Positions 7,722-12,761 of a stretch of DNA of 24,000 bases are shown here, in pieces. Each line of letters opens with the position of its first letter. Positions within the stretch are counted from its first letter, which is position 1. Where the stretch lies: positions 153,322 to 177,321 of the forward strand of contig NZ_FMIY01000002.1 in assembly GCF_900095855.1 (NCBI RefSeq). The letters are read 5' to 3'. The position numbers and the translations under genes are program-made. This stretch comes from Colibacter massiliensis. Lineage in GTDB: Bacteria > Bacillota > Negativicutes > Veillonellales > Megasphaeraceae. The notes beneath the pieces were generated by a model. The model was given only the letters and a program-made list of their open reading frames with translations, was not told the origin of the DNA and did not search any database.

Positions 7722-9212
7722 TTAGTGCTCCTTATCAAGCGGTAAATCAATGATAATGGTCAGACCGCCGCCGGCAGCGGATTCGGCGCGGATCGTGCCG
7801 TTCATGGCAAGGATAATCTGTCTGACAATGGCCAGTCCCAGGCCGCTTCCTTTTCGGACGTTGCTCCGTGCCGGATCGGTACGGTAAAAGCTGTCGAAGA
7901 GTTTCGGCAAATCGGTTTCATTGACGCCGGGGCCGTTATCGGCAAAGGAAATAAAAAGCCGCTCTCCCCGGGAATACAGGCTGATCTCCATAGTACCCCG
8001 GTTTTTGTCCATATATTTGACGGCATTGCCGAAAATATTATCAATAACACGCTGAAACTGCATTCTGTCGATCTGTATAAATGTATCTTTTTTCAAACCG
8101 CTCGTATTCAAGGTCAGGTCCAGGCCTTTTTCGGCATAGAAAGGGCGTTGTTCAGTCGTAAAATCAATGAAATAGTCACGAATGTTCACTCTTTCAAGAT
8201 GGAAGGGAACGCGTCCCCAATCGAGCTTGGAAAAGAGGAAAAGGCTGTCCACCAGGGATTCCAGAATATCGGCACTCTGGTAGATTTGTTCCGTGTAATG
8301 ACGTTGTTTTTCGGGAGTATTGGCGATGCCGTCAAGGATACCGCCGGCATATCCTTTCAGTGCAGTGAGCGGTGTTGACAGATCGTGGGATATCCCGGCA
8401 ATCAGTTCCTTGCGGTTTTTTTCGTATTTTTCCCGTTCATCCTGCGACCGTTTCAATTCCTGCCGCATCAGCTCAAAGTCTTGGCAGGCCCTGCCGAATT
8501 CATCGCGCGCTTCAATTTCTACGGGTACGTCCAGGTTACCCTTGCGGACTTCGGCTGCCGCCTTTTGCAGCGACGAGAGCGGTTCCAGGATCTGTCGTGA
8601 CAGGAGCCGGGACAGATAACGTCCCAGCGCGACGATCAAGATGACGGCTATGGCCAGGAGAGCATATAAAGCCGTTTCCCAAAGCTCTTTCATATCATTG
8701 CCGGGGATCATGTCCTTGGCCAGGAAAGGGACGGCTCCCGAAGCCATGACGACGGTGCGGCTTCGAGGTGACATGTAAGAGAAGGTAAAACCTTCGTCGT
8801 CCCAGACCATAACGGACGGGTTGGAGCCGTATTTGTGAAGGATACGTTCCGCAACGGCGGTGCTGTTTGCATTGGGAGAAGCGTAATAGATTTTGTCGTC
8901 CTGAGTGACGACGACGTCGATTCCCAGCGCTTCCAGGAGGCGGCATGCTTCTATAAAATTTTTTATTTTGGGAGGCCCCTTGCGTTCCGCCTTGACGCGA
9001 AGTGAGCTGACGGCATATTGAACCGTCAGGGCCGAGCCTTTTTCCGGCCATAGAGCCGTAAGTATATCCTGTTGTGCCGTACCGGAGAAGCGAAGCGCCG
9101 CCAGGAGAAGGCCGCCGATCAGCATGAGTAAGCATACGGGCACGGCGACCATCATAAAGTTGGCTAAAAAGAGGCGCTTCCGTACGGAAAAATCACGTAA
9201 TCGTATGTTCAT
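7722..9212 (-). CDS. Membrane sensor histidine kinase (2 TM + HAMP + HisKA + HATPase_c)
   Basis: TM1 LFLANFMMVAVPVCLLMLIGGLLLAAL; TM2 ALYALLAIAVILIVALG; H-box ELIAGISHDLSTPLTALKGY; N/G boxes NIFGNAVKY, DNGPGV, GSGLGLAIVRQI. The start is set at ATG 9210-9212 (MNIRLRDF) behind SD GAAGGTG. The stop TAA (7722-7724) is 1 nt from the regulator ATG, so the two genes are probably translationally coupled. Confidence 0.9.
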   Translation of the reverse strand: MNIRLRDFSVRKRLFLANFMMVAVPVCLLMLIGGLLLAALRFSGTAQQDILTALWPEKGSALTVQYAVSSLRVKAERKGPPKIKNFIEACRLLEALGIDVVVTQDDKIYYASPNANSTAVAERILHKYGSNPSVMVWDDEGFTFSYMSPRSRTVVMASGAVPFLAKDMIPGNDMKELWETALYALLAIAVILIVALGRYLSRLLSRQILEPLSSLQKAAAEVRKGNLDVPVEIEARDEFGRACQDFELMRQELKRSQDEREKYEKNRKELIAGISHDLSTPLTALKGYAGGILDGIANTPEKQRHYTEQIYQSADILESLVDSLFLFSKLDWGRVPFHLERVNIRDYFIDFTTEQRPFYAEKGLDLTLNTSGLKKDTFIQIDRMQFQRVIDNIFGNAVKYMDKNRGTMEISLYSRGERLFISFADNGPGVNETDLPKLFDSFYRTDPARSNVRKGSGLGLAIVRQIILAMNGTIRAESAAGGGLTIIIDLPLDKEH

Positions 9213-9291
9213 ACTGCACCTTCTTTCACTTTTATTTCTTGTATTTATTATATAATACAACCTTTATAGATACCCGCACAGAGACAAATGA

Positions 9292-9308
9292 AATTATTAT
9301 GAATTATT
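9292..9308. promoter_or_regulatory. Direct repeat AATTATT-N3-AATTATT (10-bp period) in the divergent kinase / PepSY intergenic region; candidate response-regulator site
   Basis: AATTATT occurs at 9292-9298 and 9302-9308. OmpR/PhoB regulators bind direct repeats with a period of about 10-11 bp. The AT-rich context makes chance occurrence plausible. Confidence 0.2.
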
Positions 9309-9403
9309 TTATTTCCCGTTTATTTTTTGTTTAATCCTTTTGAATATACTGAGACCATCAAAAGTTTACAAATGTAGCCCGAAGGGCTGAAGGAGGTAAT
9401 ATC

Positions 9404-10099
9404 ATGAATAATGAAAAAATGGTAAATACGGTGAAAGAAAAGGCTGATAAAATTTTTACAAAACGAAATTTTAAACGGCTTGCCGCAGTGTTGGTCGTCT
9501 GCGCCATACCCCTGAGCGGCGGTGCATGGTACCAGTATCAACAGGAAGAAGCGTTAAAACAGGAAGTACGGCAGGCCAAAGCACAGATGGTCGCCAACCA
9601 GGCACAGCAGCGGGGCATGACCTTGATCAGCGAGGATCAGGTGAAGGAGATCACCGCTAAAACTGTCGGCGCGGACGGGAGCGGGATTGATTTCCGCAAG
9701 ATTGCTTTGAGCGATAAGAGCGGACATGGTGATAAAGAGAAGGATCACAAGAAAGAACATAAGGATAAAAAAGACAGATCACATGAAGAAAGGGAAAGAG
9801 ACGGCCGACATAAGGATAAGGTATTGCAGAATGAGCAAAGCGGTTCCGGACAAGGAATGCCCGCTTCACAGAATGCAGATACCCAAGCCGGACAGCTGCA
9901 GCCGCCGACACCGCCGCAGCCGGCAGACGGTCAGGCCGGACAACCGCAGCAAATGCCGGCAGGAGGTGTGCAATCTGCACCGGTTATTCAGGATTTCCTG
10001 CCGATCTATAAGGTCGACTGCAGAGTCGGCAACGTAAAATATGAACTCGCTATCGATGCCGTAACGGGCAATGTGCTTCGCTGCGAAGTGGATGACTAG
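9404..10099 (+). CDS. Membrane-anchored PepSY-domain protein with a charged / PQ-rich low-complexity insert
   Basis: SD GAAGGAGG precedes ATG 9404. N-terminal anchor LAAVLVVCAIPLSGGAW. PepSY-like segments ISEDQVKEITAKTVGADGSGIDFRKIAL and the C-terminal PIYKVDCRVGNVKYELAIDAVTGNVLRCEVDD. Confidence 0.7.
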   Translation: MNNEKMVNTVKEKADKIFTKRNFKRLAAVLVVCAIPLSGGAWYQYQQEEALKQEVRQAKAQMVANQAQQRGMTLISEDQVKEITAKTVGADGSGIDFRKIALSDKSGHGDKEKDHKKEHKDKKDRSHEERERDGRHKDKVLQNEQSGSGQGMPASQNADTQAGQLQPPTPPQPADGQAGQPQQMPAGGVQSAPVIQDFLPIYKVDCRVGNVKYELAIDAVTGNVLRCEVDD

Positions 10100-10122
10100 C
10101 GGCGAAGAAGCCGATACTACTC

Positions 10123-10176
10123 AAAAAGACAGGGGCACTCTTATCAGGTAATTGATGAGAGTGCCCCTGTCTTTTT
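10123..10176 (+). terminator. Strong rho-independent terminator after the PepSY gene
   Basis: AAAAAGACAGGGGCACTCT...AGAGTGCCCCTGTCTTTTT: a 14-bp GC-rich stem extended by A5/T5 flanks. Confidence 0.85.
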
Positions 10177-10190
10177 GTCCTATAACCCTA

Positions 10191-10289
10191 TCCTGCCAAG
10201 TGCGGGTATGGGCGATGCATGTTATTCGTTCTCTGCGGCACGGCCTGATGTTCACGTATAAAACGCATCGCCTGTTGGGGGAACCGTTC
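10191..10289 (+). repeat. Copy A of a 99-nt dispersed hairpin repeat (unknown family)
   Basis: TCCTGCCAAGTGCGGGTATGGGCGATGCATGTTATTCG...CGTATAAAACGCATCGCC...GAACCGTTC. It aligns without gaps to copies B and C (11 and 9 mismatches by hand count). Internal 19-position imperfect stem at 10210-10228 / 10255-10273. Confidence 0.85.
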
Positions 10290-10333
10290 AGGCAGGTTTG
10301 TGCCTAACTGTTCCGGCGATTATAAATTAAATT

Positions 10334-10361
10334 TTGCAATGACTGTAAAATTGTGTATAAT
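10334..10361 (+). promoter_or_regulatory. Sigma-70-type promoter TTGCAA-16-TATAAT driving a short plus-strand transcript
   Basis: TTGCAA at 10334-10339, a 16-nt spacer, TATAAT at 10356-10361. There is no ORF downstream before the terminator at 10421-10463. Confidence 0.55.
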
Positions 10362-10367
10362 ACAAAA

Positions 10368-10463
10368 AGAGACAGCAAGCGTTTCGTACCGCCAAGCTCG
10401 TCTCCAAAATTTAGAGATTTGAAAAAACGGCCCGGCGTTACGTTAATGTCGGGCCCGTTTTCA
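10368..10463 (+). ncRNA. Candidate ~95-nt sRNA, convergent with the small toxin gene (putative type I antitoxin RNA)
   Basis: It is bounded by the promoter at 10334-10361 and the shared hairpin/T-run at 10426-10463, and it contains no ATG. Its 3' end overlaps the toxin mRNA terminator. It also carries ACCGCCAA (10388-10395), complementary to the toxin SD region TTGGCGGT (minus strand of 10560-10567). Confidence 0.35.
10421..10463. terminator. Bidirectional terminator shared by the sRNA candidate (+) and the toxin mRNA (-)
   Basis: GAAAAAA-CGGCCCGGCG-TTACGTTAATG-TCGGGCCCG-TTTTC: a GC-rich stem with one bulge, an A-run on one side and a T-run on the other. Confidence 0.65.
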
Positions 10464-10474
10464 TGGGCTCGCTG

Positions 10475-10552
10475 TTAACGAGCTGCCATGATTATAGTGG
10501 CAACCAAGACACCGAAAGCTATCATCAAAGATAGTACTTTATAGATATCCAT
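10475..10552 (-). CDS. 25-aa hydrophobic peptide, candidate type I toxin (holin-like toxin / Hol-Tox-like)
   Basis: The minus strand reads ATG (10552-10550) ... TAA (10477-10475): MDIYKVLSLMIAFGVLVATIIMAAR. SD GGCGGTGA lies 4-5 nt upstream. The product is a single TM helix with a basic C-terminus. The LSLMIAFG core recalls the small Firmicute holin-like toxin family (recall only). The ORF is too short for the ORF track. Confidence 0.55.
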   Translation of the reverse strand: MDIYKVLSLMIAFGVLVATIIMAAR

Positions 10553-10705
10553 AGCTATCACCGCCAATCCTTGGAGGATTGATGAGCCTGACACGCTTGC
10601 TATCTTATTGCAAGTATAGCATAGATCGGTTTTACCGAGTGGGATTTTAGCTGTTTCTAATCTGATTTTAATATATGCTGTTTTAAAATTGTTGCGTTTA
10701 TGATT

Positions 10706-10742
10706 ATACCGATGAGGCCGAGTGACTTGTCGGTATTTTTTA
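10706..10742 (+). terminator. Hairpin + T7 run immediately 5' of repeat copy B (terminator-like; transcript unknown)
   Basis: ATACCGA (10706-10712) / TCGGTAT (10730-10736) with a 17-nt loop, then TTTTTT. On the minus strand the same bases contain GGTATAAT, a possible -10 for the toxin mRNA, so the role is ambiguous. Confidence 0.3.
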
Positions 10743-10841
10743 TCCTGTCAAGTGCGTGTATGGGCGATGCATGTTATTCGGTCTCTGCAACACGGTCTGA
10801 TATTCACGTATAAAACGCATCGCCCGTCAGGGAAACCGTTC
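10743..10841 (+). repeat. Copy B of the 99-nt hairpin repeat
   Basis: TCCTGTCAAGTGCGTGTATGGGCGATGCATGTTATTCGG...CGTATAAAACGCATCGCCCGTCAGGGAAACCGTTC. All 11 differences from copy A fall in the flanks or the loop. None disrupts a stem pair, and the single stem-position change (aligned position 83, T to C) turns a G-U pair into G-C. Confidence 0.85.
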
Positions 10842-10895
10842 CGAAGACGGCGTGCTGAACGTAAGAGCTGTCGTATTTTAATAGATTTTGATTAT

Positions 10896-10929
10896 AAAAC
10901 AAAAGCCGGGCTACATTACTGTAACCCGG
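10896..10929 (-). terminator. Minus-strand rho-independent terminator
   Basis: The minus strand reads CCGGGTTAC-AGTAAT-GTAGCCCGG (one mismatch) followed by CTTTTGTTTT. On the plus strand the T-run is only TTT, so the minus orientation is favoured. Confidence 0.45.
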
Positions 10930-11029
10930 TTTCCTGTCAAGAATTTGGTAGGATGACATTCCTACATCTCCTAATTGGGTATAAACCCTCCGGCGACGGC
11001 TGCCTGTTCCGTCCTCAAATTCTTTTTAC
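10897..11029 (-). ncRNA. Candidate ~130-nt stand-alone sRNA (strong promoter to terminator, no credible ORF)
   Basis: It lies between the minus-strand promoter (11064-11036) and the terminator (10929-10896). Internal hairpins are GACGG..CCGTC and GTAGGA-ATGTCA-TCCTAC. The only ATG-initiated frame runs through the terminator without a stop. Confidence 0.35.
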
Positions 11030-11035
11030 AGTTAT

Positions 11036-11064
11036 AGTATACGAGTGTTAGAATTGTTTGTCAA
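11036..11064 (-). promoter_or_regulatory. Near-consensus minus-strand promoter TTGACA-17-TATACT
   Basis: The minus strand has TTGACA (11064-11059), the 17-nt spacer AACAATTCTAACACTCG, and TATACT (11041-11036). The -35 overlaps the stop of the repaired upstream ORF. Confidence 0.5.
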
Positions 11065-11427
11065 ACCTTTTTTAATGTACCTTTGGCAATGAAGTTTTGT
11101 ACTCTGTTGCTGTTAAGTGTATAAATAGAGCGTGCAAAATATACGTTGCTTTTTGATTTCCGGACAGCAATCTTTACGAATTTTTCAGTGACAGGATCTT
11201 TTTTTTACATACTCAATAGAATTGTCTTTAGAATCTAAACGTACATAGTCCGGTTTCTCCAAAATCTCCGGGATGAATTTAGAATATGTAGCATAATCCT
11301 TAGGATGGCGGCTATTCATGTGAGCAGTATTTGTATCACCCAATAAAATGGGGGTATCAACAGGGCAAGAAAGGCCTAATACCTTAATTACCAATATGGA
11401 GATGCTACCGATTTGTTCAGTTGGCAA
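11061..11427 (-). pseudogene. Small phage-type nuclease-fold-like protein (PBECR/Barnase-EndoU-RelE-like; tentative), frameshifted in a T8/A8 tract
   Basis: TTG start at 11427-11425 behind SD AAAGGAGA. The track ORF (80 aa) ends ...SIEYVKKRSCH* just after A8 (plus-strand T8 at 11199-11206). Removing one A continues the frame as ...IEYVKKDPVTEKFVKIAVRKSKSNVYFARSIYTLNSNRVQNFIAKGTLKKV* (stop 11063-11061). The motif HMNSRHPKDYATYSKFIPEILEKPDYV recalls phage-associated PBECR-type proteins (recall only). Confidence 0.55.
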
Positions 11428-11549
11428 AACTATCTCCTTTCTTACCGAGTATATTATTTTTGTCTCGACATGACTGCTTTGGACTATTTTATTTTTTATT
11501 ATACTATATGTAAAGGTATTTAGAGGAACAAATTTATGTAGTCGTGGTG

Positions 11550-11648
11550 TTCTGCCAAGTGCGGGTATGGGAGACGCATTTTATTCGTTCTCTGCGGCAC
11601 GGCCTGATGTTCACGTATAAAACGCGTCGCCCGTCAGGAGAACCGTTC
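11550..11648 (+). repeat. Copy C of the 99-nt hairpin repeat
   Basis: TTCTGCCAAGTGCGGGTATGGGAGACGCATTTTATTCG...CGTATAAAACGCGTCGCCCGTCAGGAGAACCGTTC. Relative to A it carries a compensated double substitution in the stem (GATGC/GCATC becomes GACGC/GCGTC). Confidence 0.85.
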
Positions 11649-11681
11649 ATTCGCTTTGACTATCCTAAGAGCCCGCTTATT

Positions 11682-11690
11682 TGCTATAAT
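11682..11690 (+). promoter_or_regulatory. Extended -10 promoter element TGCTATAAT for the downstream operon
   Basis: TG-C-TATAAT at 11682-11690, about 30 nt upstream of ATG 11721. No good -35 is present, which is acceptable for extended -10 promoters. Confidence 0.4.
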
Positions 11691-11720
11691 GTCCATGTAT
11701 ATACTATGAGGAGGGATTGG

Positions 11721-12155
11721 ATGAAAAAGAGATTGCTTACGGCAGTGACGGTGTTTTCCGTTTGCGCATTTGCGGCCGGTGCGGGTACGCAGGTGCAGGC
11801 TTTCAGCCTCGGCAGCGTCATTAAAGGCGGCGCCATCGGCGTTGTCGTCGACAAATACGGTGATTCGATCAACAGCTTTTTGAATAAATTGTTAAAGCAA
11901 AATAATTTGGACACATCTTACGCGACCAAGGTCGTTCCCATTGTCAGCCTCGGCAAGGGCAGCCGCGTCGGCGCCGCTCAGGTGACGGGGCCTACGGCCG
12001 AGGTGGAACGGGTCAAGGCCGTCGCCCAGGTGGAGGGCAGCTTCAACAACATTGCCCGCGTCAAGGGCCTCGTCCCCGTAGACAGCGCGAATCCGAGCGG
12101 TGCGTCCCGTATTCAGGGAGTCGGCGTATCGGCCATTATCGATTTAAAAATTTAA
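11721..12155 (+). CDS. Small secreted protein of unknown function (144 aa)
   Basis: SD GAGGAGGG precedes ATG 11721. Signal peptide MKKRLLTAVTVFSVCAFAAGAGTQVQA. The track ORF start (11544) is an artefact of an open frame running through repeat C. Confidence 0.75.
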   Translation: MKKRLLTAVTVFSVCAFAAGAGTQVQAFSLGSVIKGGAIGVVVDKYGDSINSFLNKLLKQNNLDTSYATKVVPIVSLGKGSRVGAAQVTGPTAEVERVKAVAQVEGSFNNIARVKGLVPVDSANPSGASRIQGVGVSAIIDLKI

Positions 12156-12181
12156 GTATCGCCCTTGCGGCGGACAATGAG

Positions 12182-12742
12182 GTGTGCAAGTTGGCAAAGA
12201 AATACTATGAACTTCACGTGGCGGGCTGCGTGCGGCAGCTTCCCATTCTCAACGTAACAGATACGCTCGCCATTGCGGGCTTCGTCATCTTGGGCGATAC
12301 GGAACTTACGCAAAAGACGGCACGGGAGCTGGTCAAAAAAATCCCGGCGCATACGGAAATTCTCATGACGGCGGAGACCAAGGGTATTCCTTTGGCGGCC
12401 GAGATGGCACGCCTTTTGGGAATGGACCGATACGTTGTGGCACGCAAGGATATTAAGGCGTACATGGAAAATCCCCTCATCGTCGAAGACAAGTCCATTA
12501 CGACAAAGGGCAAGCAGATTCTCTGTCTGACCGATACGGACGTGGCTCTTATTAAAGAAAAGAAGACCCTTCTCGTGGATGATGTAATCAGCACGGGCGG
12601 CTCCATGAAGGCCCTGGCGGAACTGGCCGGCAAGGCGGGTGCTGAGATCATAGGCCGGGCGGCCATCCTCGCCGAGGGAAATGCCTGTGAGAGAAACGAT
12701 ATTGTTTATTTGGAAACGTTGCCGCTTTTTAATGCGGAATAA
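12182..12742 (+). CDS. Phosphoribosyltransferase family protein (adenine/purine PRTase-like, PurR C-domain type)
   Basis: PRPP-binding loop TLLVDDVISTGGSM, plus ETKGIPLAAEMARLLG and YVVARK. The start is ambiguous: GTG 12182 or TTG 12191 (behind TGAGGTG). Confidence 0.8.
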   Translation: MCKLAKKYYELHVAGCVRQLPILNVTDTLAIAGFVILGDTELTQKTARELVKKIPAHTEILMTAETKGIPLAAEMARLLGMDRYVVARKDIKAYMENPLIVEDKSITTKGKQILCLTDTDVALIKEKKTLLVDDVISTGGSMKALAELAGKAGAEIIGRAAILAEGNACERNDIVYLETLPLFNAE

Positions 12743-12761
12743 CGGCACGGAGAGGAAAAAG

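Noticed and set aside
7004-7753. A 249-aa plus-strand ORF
   Set aside because: It is the exact antisense shadow of the OmpR-type response regulator, whose receiver and winged-helix motifs are definitive on the minus strand.
10198-10215. GTGCG at the start of the repeat considered as a group II intron 5' end
   Set aside because: The element is only 99 nt. It has no domain V/VI-like sequence, no RT/maturase ORF, and the downstream sequence is unlike intron domain I.
10191-11648. The three repeats considered as a CRISPR array
   Set aside because: The repeats are 99 nt rather than about 24-48 nt. Spacings are 453 and 708 bp and contain promoters, genes and terminators. The copies are only about 90 percent identical, and there are no cas genes.
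10191-11648. The three repeats considered as integron attC sites (a CALIN-like cassette array with toxin-antitoxin cassettes)
   Set aside because: Cassette-like spacing and toxin content are suggestive. However, the complementarity is central rather than running from the element ends, no RYYYAAC / GTTRRRY core sites are present at the boundaries, no intI is in the window, and integrons are essentially unreported in Firmicutes. IntegronFinder's attC model could still be run to be sure.
10722-11720. ORFs reading through the repeats (the 109-aa ORF at 10722-11051; the N-terminal 59 aa of the 203-aa ORF at 11544-12155; a 17-codon mini-ORF MGDACYSFSAARPDVHV present in all three copies)
   Set aside because: The similarity between these translations reflects nucleotide-level repeat identity. 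None has an SD. The substitution pattern preserves the hairpin rather than a reading frame, and the true start of the secreted protein is ATG 11721 with a strong SD. The mini-ORF stays open in all copies, but I cannot distinguish that from chance.
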